Made by a program: the position numbers and the translations under genes
The notes under the pieces: generated by a model
What the model saw: the letters and a program-made list of their open reading frames with translations, nothing else
Told to the model about the DNA's origin: nothing
Database searches by the model: none
In this document: one piece after another, positions 1 to 12,167 of the stretch
How positions within the stretch are numbered: position 1 is the first letter of the stretch
How the letters are laid out: the number at the start of each line of letters is the position of its first letter
From: Felis catus
Lineage: Eukaryota
NCBI RefSeq assembly: GCF_018350175.1
Contig: NC_058368.1
Location: 115,446,001-115,510,000, forward strand
Direction: 5' to 3'
Length of the DNA: 64,000 nt

Positions 1-428
1 GCCAGTATATGGAACAGATTTCTGTGGCTTTGTTTTTCCTTGCAATGATTTCCTTACGTTTTTTGCTTGCTGAGCTTACCTAAATGCCTTATTGCCTGGA
101 ATCTCACTCTACAAAACACTAAGGGCTCATGATTCTTACTATTTTCTACACTGAAGCCCACTCTAAGAGGCTGATAAAGGATAACTGTACATATACGAAT
201 GCTTTTCTCAAACTATCACACAGCTTTTCATAAGGTTCATTAAAACCAAGTTTCAATGCTCCAGAGGTTGAGACCCCTGCTCCAGAGCAATGACTTTGCA
301 ACAATGTCAGTGTTTCAAGGAACCAGTCCCAAATGCCCATTACTAGGCTTAGAGAAACTTCTCTCCAAACTGCCAGTGAATGCTTTTGTCCTTCAATGAA
401 TAAAAGGTCAATTCAACTAATATGTTAC

Positions 429-656
429 CTTTTTTTTTTAATTTTTTTTTTCAACGTTTATTTATTTTTGGGACAGAGAGAGAGACAGAGCATGAACGGG
501 GGAGGGGCAGAGAGAGAGGGAGACACAGAATTGGAAACAGGCTCCAGGCTCTGAGCCATCAGCCCAGAGCCCGACGCGGGGCTCGAACTCACGGACCGCG
601 AGATCGCGACCTGGCTGAAGTCGGACGCTCAACCGACTGCGCCACCCAGGCGCCCC
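429..656 (-). mobile_element. Young felid Can-SINE (tRNA-derived) with 16-bp TSD
   Basis: GGGGCGCCTGGGTGG head, (CT)n and A tail; TSD tcaactaatatgttac at 413-428 and 657-672. Confidence 0.95.
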
Positions 657-3507
657 TCAACTAATATGTTACTTTTGACATACTTCGTCAAAATTCAGTA
701 ACTTCTAAGTAAAAAACAAAAATTTGTAGGAGGGGCATCAAGAGAACAGCTTTTCTTCTTCACAAAATGTTTCCCTTGACCTGTGATAGAAGGACAGAGT
801 ATTGAGGCTTCCAGGGAAACTGACTCAGAAAGATTGCTTCAGAAGCACATCCCAGAGCCTCTCCCAAGAACACTCTGCTCTCATGTGGTCAGGAAGACCA
901 CAATGGATCCCAACCATCCTCAGGATCCAGCCACATGAGACAGTTCTGCATCCAGGCTAGCAAGACTATGCAAGGCCTGGACTCCATCAGGAACCGGGTA
1001 TTTAATATGTGCCAGATACCATGCTAAGCATTATACCCATACCATCTTCTATAACCCATACAGCATCTCTAGGAGGAAGTGCATTTTATCCCCATTTCAA
1101 AGCCTAAGCTTCTACCCACTGTGCTACCCTGCTCCAGGGCATGGAGAGAAATGCTCCTCTGCCAGGCAGGGCCAGGATCTCAGCTCAGCTCTGTCAGGCC
1201 GGGAGGCAGATCCTGCCTGTTACTTTTGTCCCATCAGCCCAGTGGCATAGCCCAGTGGCATTGGGTTTATTATCTAGATGCAGCTGTGAAGGAGTAAACA
1301 GGGCAATCAGTGTTCATCGTAAGGGATTACTCATAGAAATTCACTCAGATTAAGCATTCTAAGGCAAAACAGAGAAAAGAGATGAACAAAAGATTTAAAA
1401 AGACAATGGCTAACTTTGCTAAAAACAGTTTCCATTCGGTATGTTGCCAAGAGTGAACTTTGTTCTCAAGTGGGTTTATTTTTACAACCTCCAAGTGCTA
1501 AATTTAACCTTGTTGGCTGCACTTGCTGCTGGATCCGGAGGACAGATGCCGTTCATTCTCAGATGGCATTTGGGTTGTGCGGAGACTCTGGACAGCCACC
1601 ATCCTTAAATGCCAGAAATAGACTTTTAAAGGGTGTGTGCTGATCACCCCCTGTTCGGAACTTGTGGGTACATGCATCATGCTTACCCACTGGATTCTTA
1701 TTTATACCCAGAGAGGACCAAAGCCCTGAAGCTAGCCTCATGGAGATGGGGAGATAAGCCAAAAAACGACCTTGGATGTAATCCTTACCATAAGATCCAG
1801 CTGGGGAGTGTACGTGGGTGGGTGTGTGTTTGACGAATGTGAAATACAGGTTTTCATCCAGTTCTTGTGCAAAGCAACAAATTCAAAATCCTCCAGGGCA
1901 CAGTACAATGGGGACTTTTAGGACACACACTGTGGCCTTCACCTGACTTAGATCCATGTTTTAAATGACTTTCTGTCAAAAGCCTTTTCTTGCTCCAAAA
2001 TTCTTTCCTGATCTTTGAAACTTGCAACACCTAGTTTGACATGAGGTAGGGTAATTCCTGACCCCTCAGGTTTTTCAGTATTTTTCAATAAATTTTTGAA
2101 GCAACTTCCCCCTGCTTAATTTACCCTTTCATCCCATGGTAATTGCCTATCAAGCTCCTAGTGCACGTGAGGGTTCAGGTGGGCTCTGCCCTACTGAAAT
2201 AGAGGGCAGAGACAAGGTCCCTAAAGGCCAGGGTAAGGACATTAACCCCCGTCTGTGATTCTTAATCCACAAACATTTTCGTTTTTTCCAGTCCTGAGAA
2301 TCCTCTCTTCAAAAGCTATTGGTTGGGCACCTGTTCTGAATCAAGGACCATGCCAGGGGCCTGGAACACGAGATTGGTAAGCCATGGCTCTTATCCTCAG
2401 AGAACCCACAGTCCAACAGTGAGATGGACATTTACCTACAGAACACTAACACCGAAGACAGTACTGTGTTTGCAGGATGAACAAAGTGTTTTAAGAACAC
2501 ACAGGAAGGAGAGATTAACTTGGGGGTAGGGTGGGGATGCATGATGGGTCAGCAAGGGCTTAGCAGCACTGTGACAGAAGAGCTACTTTCATCAGGCACT
2601 GTTAGACATTTAATAATACCCAGTAATACTGTTTTAAAAAATGAATTAGTTTGCTTTTTAAAAATTAACCAAAGCCAAGTTTTTATAAGATACGGGTATT
2701 AAGGTATGCATGTGTGTGGTGTGCACATGATTGTGTATGTGTATCTGTGGAATTCAAACGGGATGAAAAGTGAACCTGTTGGCTGAGAGGCAGGACTACC
2801 CCTGCTACCAGCACTCCCCATTAACACTCGGTTGGAACTGGAAGCCACCTGGCAGACCCTTTTACCCCCACTGTCTCCAGAGAGGGAAAAGAGTTCAAGG
2901 CCTGCTCAAACGCACCCTTATTGAAGGGGCAGACCCAGGAGGGGTCAATTTTGATCTATGTGGCCACAGCCAACTAGAACTGGCTTTTGGTCTGGGTCAA
3001 AAACTTGGTCTGGATCGATCAGATTTCCCTGTAGGGAGTGTAGAATTAGGAAAGTGGACCAATCGAGCTAGGACTGAGAACTTAAGGAGGAAGCTTGTGA
3101 TGTAGAAAGGGGCCAATAACTAGTGGGGCTGTGGAAACTGGGAGAGTGATGAGGAGGGCAGCAACCAAAGCCAACCAGGGCAAAGTCAGGTTATGAAGAA
3201 GGAAAGCTTGAAGAAGCAAAGGCAGGCAGCTGGCAGAGAGGAGAGGCGGGCAGATGAACAGAGAGAGGTGGACACTCAGAGACACACAGATAGGCAACTA
3301 GGGCTGACTGACTAAGTTCCTAAGGTTTCCAAGTCCTAGCCACATGGATCCTGTCAATTAACTTCACTTTTTTGTAGTATCCTGAATGGGCTTCTGTCCA
3401 CATAAACAGGTATGACTCAAACAAGGAGAAAGAATGGATCCAGAAGCTGGGAATGCCTTGGGTTGGAAGTACGACCACCAGTGAAAGCCCCTTCTAGAAC
3501 ATCTTAC

Positions 3508-3680
3508 TTTGTTGTTTCTCCTTCCAACAACTTGTCTGGATGTAATCAATGTAATCCTTCTCTATTGTCTTCTCCAGGTCCCGTAGAGAGGCTCCTCTGT
3601 AGGCCTTCTCAAAGTTTTTATCCACAAAGTAAGGCACCTGCAGGTTCTGTGTTTCTCTAGAGATGGTGTAGCCCAAGGTC
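3508..3680 (-). CDS. DNAJC18: DNAJC18 exon 7 (luminal domain)
   Basis: [29 protein letters not shown]...CWKEKQQ; tctcag| acceptor and |gtaaga donor. Confidence 0.94.
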
Positions 3681-6600
3681 CTGAGACAAGGAGAGAGAGT
3701 CTCGGGTAAGCTTTTTATATTTGGCAATATCACTCTTAGCACTGGCTGCATAGATGTCATAACCATAATCACATTTTCATAGGGCAGACACAAGTGTCAA
3801 TGTCTAATACACCTAACATTTATAATTTCCCTAGCAAAGTAATGACTGTAATGTCATCATTATATGAGCATGTCATACTGTGAATTCAGCTTTGGTATGG
3901 TTACTTTATTCTCTTAAAGGATTTACCTCTCTTATATTGCTTTCTGTGCTAAAAGTTAAACGCTGAATGTTTAAAAAAATTTTGTATATTGTGCAGGACC
4001 TAGCATGGTACTTGGCACAGAGTGGGCTATTGGTAAATGTTGGTTGAATGAACTGATTGTTACAGTAAACTATTCACACATAACCAAATAGCTTAGAACC
4101 AACCTAGTATCAATTTTTATACTTCACACATAGCTGCTAAGTGAGAACTGCAAAAATATCAGACAAAGATTTTAGTAATGCTTTTGCACTAACTCTCTGT
4201 GGGTCTGATCTGTCCAATGGCATATGGTGCTCAGAAACATCAGTAGGTCTGAGTTAACTAAATACTAACCATAAGGAAGTATAGAAGGGATCTCAAATTC
4301 AAGTTAAAACAATGTGATAGCAATATGCAAAATCCAAGCTAGTTTTACTCAACCTAGACAAATTCCATCTCGACTGAGGTATATTTGACATTTTCTCAGC
4401 TTCCTCCTTTCATCTCTCTACTTAAGAATCTTGCTGAATGTCTCAGTGTTTAGGCCATGACTTCTCCCACCTCCGTCTGGGAAGGTGTTAGCAGGGCAAG
4501 TTGCTCCCTGCCGCAGTAGCTGCACAAGAAAGGAGGTAGCAGTGGCAAATGGGAACATGGGAAGTCGGAAAATAGAGGGAATCAGGCCAGTGTGACCTGA
4601 TAGTAATAACTTCTCTCTGATTCTCAGCTTTTCTTTATGTAAAATGAAGTTACTGATCTAGAATACAGTCTTCATTCTACAGTGATCACCAGAAAAGACT
4701 TTTTTTCCCCATTATGCCCCATGGCTTCCACATTTTGTAAGTTTTTAAAAAAATTTTTTTAGAGATTTTATTTTAAGGGACATCTGGGTGGCTCAGTCGG
4801 TTAAGCATCCGACTTTGGCTCACGGTTCATGGGTTTGAGCCCCACATTGGGCTCTGTGCTGAAGCCTGGAGCCTGCTTTGGATTTTGCGTCTCCCTTTCT
4901 CTCTTTGTCCCTTCCCTGCCCATGCTCTGTCTCTGTCTCTCAAAAAATGGATAAATGTTAAAAAATAATAATAATAAAATATTTTAAGTAACCTCTAAAC
5001 TCAATTTGGGGCTCGAACTCATAACCCCGAGATCAAGAATCTAATGCTCTACTGACTCAACAAGGTGCCCCCATTTTGTAAGGTTTTTGTCTGCTAAACT
5101 ATAATGAGTAATGACTCATTTCTCATTTAACTTAAAATAATTAATCCAGTGATTCTCTAATGTTAGTATGGACCAGAGTTATTTGGAGGGCTTATTAAAA
5201 CTCAGATTGCTAGTTCTCATCCTCAGAGTTTCTGATGCAGTATACATGGAGTGAAGCTTAAGAGTTTGCATTTCTAACAAGCTGGCAGTTGATGTTGATG
5301 ATGCTGGTCTGGGGACCAAACTTTGAAAGCTGAGTTAGTTGAAATAATTAATTGAAGAAACAAAAAATTCCTATCTGAGCTCATAATTTGCATGCAATAC
5401 AAACATTACAATGAATTTCTATATTTTCAGTAAAAGCAAAGAAATGTGATACTATGGTTTGACTTTGTAGCCTCGTCATGAATAAATGTCCTATTCTTGC
5501 AATTACTTAAATAGAAAATAGTCACTAGATCTCAGATACTCTTTTCCTGACCCAGAGGGGTCCAGCGATTCAATCACAAGCTCAATTCGGTCCTTTCTAA
5601 ATCTCACATGGTATGACAAGAATTTAATCTGAAACTGAAGTTAGCCTACTAATCTTTCAGAAACCAGTTGCTGCTGTTCTGCGGCTGATCAGATGATGTC
5701 GCTGTAAAACAAAACAATCCATGTCCTGAGCACACACGAAACTGCCTATAGTATTTTTGAGTCTCTGCTCTTTACTATCCAGCTGTTCCTTTAAACACAA
5801 AATCAGTGTTTTCTACAAAGGGGAAATGAAATGTTAGCATCGTACCAACAAAACGTTCAAATCTTTCACCCTCCAAATTGTTGTTAAGAAAGATTTAAAA
5901 ATATTTGACTTACGATTTATAGAATAGACTATATGGGGGATTAGCAGCTAGCAGCTGAGTAATAACAGATATAATCACAATCACCAGAACTGGAAGTAAC
6001 TGAATAAATGCAGAATACGTATTCTGGAAAAGAGGAAACAATATCTGGTATAAGTGGTCTTCGTTAATATAAAGCTTACAGAAAATAGGATAGTTTTCCC
6101 AAAGAAAATACAAATTACTGCAATGTACTGCACAAAGCCCAAGGCTTCTAGAAGTCTGTACTTTCTGCTGAGAAGTACCAAACACTCTGTCCTCTGTGCT
6201 GAGAAGGCTGAAGGAGACCCACCCAAAACCTATATTGACACACAGTAATTCTCATGCAGCCCCCTTTTCTAAGACCAGTGAAACAGACACCGCTGGGTGA
6301 GTCTGCCCAGACTGTGACCCTCAAAGGGCCATGTTAGTATTATGTAGCTTTGTTGCCTTGGCCACAGCTGAATGGACTGGGGACATCTAACCCCAGCAGG
6401 GATAATCACATTTTCCCTCCTAGGAATTTGGAATTGACATTCACTTTTCACTGCTAGGCAGTCATCTGAAGGACACACACTCTTAGGCAGTGGAGGCTGC
6501 TGTTTGCAAGAGGAAGTAGAACAAGCCAGGCTGCTTAGAGAGAATAAAACAGATGCAGAGAGGCAGTAGAAGTGGAGACAATCTGGCCACAAATAGTCTG

Positions 6601-9600
6601 GGGGTATAGGTGCCTGACTGTACCTTAGTTTCTGGTTCCTGTCTGTCATGAGGCCCAGCTGTGCGTCCTGCCCTTGAGCTTCATGAGACCCCCTAGATCC
6701 CTTACTTTAAATTCCCTTTAGTTCTGCGTATTTTGAAGGGGGTTCCTATTTTCTGCAGGGAAGAAAATCTTGATGAAGACAGCCCCACAGGAGAACTGAT
6801 TTCCTGGAACAGCCACCAAAGGATGGGTGGGGAAGGAGGTACCATTCGGGCCTATTTGAGCCAATTATCCACCTCTTCCTACCACTGCCTCTGCTTTCCT
6901 AAAACACATTTTATCAACATAACTCACATTGAACTTCTAAATCCTGATCATATGCACCATAAAAGTCAGCTCAGTACAAGTGTTTATGAGAAGCAGTTCT
7001 GCTGTTCTCCCTCGGTACCTGAGGCTTTTCTTCTTCTTCTTCTTCTTCCTTCCGTGCCTGCATCCTCTCATGTCGGTGCCGCCGGCGATAATAGTGACCA
7101 TCATCTGTCACATTTGAAAACATATGAATGTTTCCTGGAAAAGAAAGAAAAACATAGCAGGGCGCCTGGCTGGCTCAGTCGGTGGAGCAGGCAACTCTTG
7201 ATCTAGGGGTCATGAGTTTGAGCCCCACGTTGAGTGTAGAGATTACTTTAAAAAAATAATAAAATAAAATAAAAATAAAATAAAAATCATGCTTGCACAT
7301 GCAAAATTCAAAAAGAAAGAAAAAAAAAAGAATGACATAGTACAGGATATGGCAAACACTCTTTCCTTGCTTTTTCTTAGCTTGTTCCCAGTTTGTTCCC
7401 TCCCAGGTTCTTTGAGGGTAGAGTATTGCCCAATTTTAGTCAGTAGAAAAATAAAATAGTAGGTAAGCCAAGTGAGCCAGTTAGAAATGGAATGTGCTTA
7501 GCTCTCCTGCCTTTATTTACATAGTCCTTTGTGGGGCACCTGGGTGGCTCAGTCAGTTAAGCTTCTAACTCTTGATTTTGGCTCAGGTCACGATCTCACG
7601 GTTGTGACCCCACATCAGGCTTTGCACTGGGCGTGGAGCCTGCTTAAGAGTCTCTCTCTCTCCCTCTGATCTTTTCCTCCACTCACTCACATGTGTGCTC
7701 TCTCTCTCTCTCAAATAAAATAATAATAAATAAATAAATAGTCTTTTGTAACTAGTGAGTGAGAGAACCCCAAAAGGCCAGTAAAGAAAGAACATTTGGG
7801 CCATGAATCCTGTCTGATATGCTCATGTCTGCTTCCTTGCCCAATATTAGATTATGTCACTAGTATCTTTAATAGCAACTCATAAAATTCAATTTACTTC
7901 CTGGACATTTAATTATTCCAACTTCCAACTCTCTAGGGGTATTTTTCTAACTTTTATCTTTATATAACTGCTATTTTGCAATAATGATAATAGGCATCTT
8001 GCTACTTATTTATAAAGCACTTAAAAATCTAATTCTCGCAGCAGCCCTATGAAGCAGAGGTTATCTGCCCCATTTCTCAGGTGAGGAAATAGGATCAGAG
8101 AGACCAGGTGATTTGGTTAAAATCATGCACAGTTGGAGGCTGGAGACCTGCCTCAAACCCAAGCTCATCTGATTCCAATTTCTTTCTCTTCCCACCGTAC
8201 CATAGTCTCTCTATTCAGATCCTTACACAGGAACTTGCTGAGATATAGAGATAGAGAGAGAGAGATAAAATTTTAAGTGATAATTTTGAAATACTAACCT
8301 GTAGGAAAATGTCCTCCAAAGAAGACATTGAATAGTTCTTCTGGAGTGATGTCTGCTTCGAAGTCCCTGTAATAGCTGTAAGGTCTGCCTCGAGGGGCCG
8401 TAAAAGTCACCTGTTCGTCTCCATATTCATCATAGCGGAGTCTCTTGTCAGGATTACTCAGGACTGCAAAGGCATTTCCTATGGCTGCAATCAAAACCCA
8501 AAAATACCTGAGTACACAGTCTTTGCTGTAGCTGAGGGTGATCACTGTAGCAGCAACGAAGAGCCCAGAGTTGTTGGGTGCTGGATGACTTCACAGGGGC
8601 CTAGGGAAAGGTGCTTGGGCCTAGAGAGTTCACCAGAGTTCTTGCCCTTGACATTTTCCACAATATAGTTTGATAAGCCAGAAGCAATACTGGACTCAAA
8701 ATGAGCTAAAAACCACTGCTTTCATTCATCAAAAATGTGTCCTTATTTCACTTGAGAGCAATTAGTTTATGGTTGGAAACAGTTCATTCATCAGCAGTGG
8801 TATTCTAGTGTGAAGTCATAAACAGTTTCCTGAATAAAAGAGTCAGTACGATTACAGCTTGGCTAAAAGCAAAGTCCTTGGGGCACCTGGGTGACTCAGT
8901 TGGTTAAGTGTCCGACTTGATTTTGGCTCAGGTCATGATCTCATGACTTCATGAGATCGAGCCTGAGTCAGGCTCTCCGCTCACAGCATGGAGCCTGCTT
9001 GGTATTTTCTCTCCCTCTCTCTCTGCCCCTCCTTCCTCAAAATAAATAAACTTAAAAAGTAAATAAATAAAAGCAAAGTCCTCACTAATCACAGTCTCGT
9101 TTCAGCTTACTTTAGAAAGTGGTCTTTAGAAATTAAATATAGGGGCGCCTGGGTGGCTTGGTCAGTTAAGCGTCCAACTTCGGCTCAGGTCATGATCTCG
9201 CAGCTTGTGAGTTTGAGTCCCGCATCAGGCTGTGCTGACAGCTCAGAGCCTGGAGCCTGCTTTGGATTCTGTGTCTCCCTCTCTCTTTGCCCCTCCCCTG
9301 CTTACACTGTCTCTCTGTCTCTCTCTCTCTCAAAAATAAACATTTAAAAAATTAAAAAAAAAAGAAATTAAGAAATATATCTCCAATGTCTCAGTGATGG
9401 ATCAAAAACTGAATAGATTACACAAGCTGACCATCATCTCCCTATGCACAAACATACAAATTTTGTCTAATTTCACTTAAACATAAAATCAATACCACTA
9501 ATCAAAGAAACCTTGAAAAACAAATATTTTTTTTTTAACATTTATTTATTTTTGAGAGACAGAGACAGAGCATGAGTGGGGGAGGGGCAGAGAGAGAGAA

Positions 9601-10883
9601 GGAGACACAGAATCTGAAGCAGGCTGCAGGCTCTGAGCAAGCTGTCAGCACAGAGCCTGATATGGGGCTTGAACCCACGAACTGTGAGATCATGACCTGA
9701 GCTGAAGTCGGATGCTCAACCGACTGAGCCACCCAGGCACCCCGAAAAACAAATCTTTAAGACATCCCCACTCCCTACCTTTAATTCAGTCAACACTATC
9801 AGAAACATAGTCAGAAGGAACATTTCTTTATGATTCTTCTAGTGAGGGAATTATATTAAATGTTTATAGCAATAAAAAAGCTAAGCAGAAAAAAAACCAA
9901 AAAAAGGCTAACTAGAGTTGCTTCAACATTACATCCCTTGAAATCTGACAGATATCTCATAGATATGACATTGATCTATGAGATACTTTACATGAAGATG
10001 TAAAGACAATGTGGGTTATCTATTTGTTTCCATGTAGAAACTGTGGGGAGGATAAGATTCACAATGGCACATCAATAAAGGGAGATGGTCCTTTGACATA
10101 AATGTTGACTTTTAAAGTGTTCTCAGAGCTATCATGTTTTTCTTAAGAAAAATTCCAAATCAACAGAAACGTTGAAAAAATAGTGAAAAACACCCTTTCC
10201 CTTGATTCATAAATTGTTAGCATTTTGCCACATTGCTTCCCTCAACTTTCCATACACACATACATAAATACATATAGTATGTATACATTTCTTTTGCTGA
10301 ACCATTTGAAAGTAGGCTGCAGATATTATGCACTTCATCCCTAAATATTCCAGCACGTATCTCCTAAAACAATCTTCTACATGATCACAGTACTGTTATC
10401 ATAGCTAAGAAAATTAACATCAATTTCGTGCAATTCATGCAAGGTCTGTGTATTGCATTTGCTTCTATATCCCTTTCATTTCTTTTCATCTAGATTAGTC
10501 CCTCCACCTTTTCTACTTTTCATTATATTCACTTTTTTGAAGAGCAGGTCAGTGTTCTTTGTAGAATGGCCCATATTTTGATTGTTTCCTCATTATTATT
10601 ATTTTTTTAATGTTTATTTATTTATTTTTTTAAATGTTTATTTATTTTTGAGACAGAGAGAGAGACAGAGCATGAACGGGAGAGGGGCAGAGAGAGAGGG
10701 AGACACAGAATCGGAAGCAGGCTCCAGGCTCTGAGCCATCAGCCCAGAGCCCGACGCGGGGCTCGAACTCACGAACCGTGAGACCATGACCTGAGCTGAA
10801 GTCGGACACTCAACCGACTGAGCCACCCAGGCGCCCCTTAATGTTTATTTATTCTTGAGAGAGAGAGCATGAGTGAGGGAGGA

Positions 10884-10926
<43 letters not shown>

Positions 10927-12104
10927 AACACAGAATCCAAAGCAGGCTCCAGGCTCCGAGCTGTCAACACAGAGCCCGATGCAGGGCTTGAATTCACAAA
11001 CCGTGAGATCATGATCTGAGCCAAAGTCAGACGCCTATCCGACTGAGCCACCCACACGCCCCAATGATTTCTTCATTATTAGATTCAGGTCAAACATTTT
11101 GGCAAGAATACCACAGAGGTGCCATACCACATAACGTTAGGTGGGGCCAGTATTGGTGACAATAAGTTGGATCACTTGGTTAAAGTGGTGACAGCTAGAT
11201 ATCTCCATTGTAAAGGAATTTTTCTGCTTTGTCATCAGTAAGTATTCTGGAGGATGATACTCTGACATCATGGGTCCTATTCAACAAAAACCCATCACAA
11301 GCAGTTTTAACAACCATTGATAATCCTTGACTGAATCAATGGCTTCACTGGGGTTGAAGCTGTTAAGTAAGATTTTTATTTATGTATTAAGTATAAAAAC
11401 ATATTGTTACAGAGAACCAAATATTTTTTTTCCGAAAGAAATTAAGATAAGTGAATGAAAACAGGAGGGAGCCATGCTGATTATTACTATTTAAGAGGTG
11501 AAAGGAAAAAAGGCCCTGTTTGTAGCATTATAAAACAATTACAGGGGAGGCTGAAAATGACTTGTGACCAAATATCATAAGAAGGGCAGAATTAAACATT
11601 AATTCAGGATCAGACCTTTGAAAGCATCTGTGGCTCCAGGAGCACAATTCTTGTCAGGGTGAAATTTCAGGGCAAGTTTTCGGTAAGCTTTCTTAAGCTC
11701 TTCATCACTGGCATTTCGAGACACTCCTAAAATTTCATAGTAATTTCTGCATTTCTTGATCCTAAAAAGACACATCAGAAACATATGTTTACAAAGTCCC
11801 CGTTTGTGCAATTCACTGTAAAATAGTACCTTGATCCTCCGGTATGTGATCCCCAAAACAAACCCAAGACAAACCTAAAATTGGTGAATACATTAATGAA
11901 ACATTCAAATTGATTAACAATGTCCTCCTCCCACCAAGAGCGTAATGCCTTTCCAAGTATTTTTACATCTAATATTTTATTTTTCCTAAATCCCTGCAAG
12001 TGGGTAGAATAAACATGCTCATCCTTAAATCAAGGTGCAGGCTAAGCCCCTGAGAGTTGAATCACAGGATAGCAAAGCCAGAAGAAACATCTAATCACCC
12101 TAGT

Positions 12105-12167
<63 letters not shown>

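Noticed and set aside
146..340. Minus ORF (LKLGFNEPYEKL) as the missing last DNAJC18 exon
   Set aside because: Only a chance resemblance; the expected SELTNLAGLYRDERL-like sequence is absent, so the last exon probably lies left of the window.
333..664. Recurrent short ORFs such as [14 protein letters not shown] and [16 protein letters not shown] across the window as a gene family
   Set aside because: All are translations of Can-SINE copies.
6733..7206. 157-aa plus-strand ORF
   Set aside because: Non-ATG start, antisense to DNAJC18 exon 5, ends in a SINE and has no recognisable domain.
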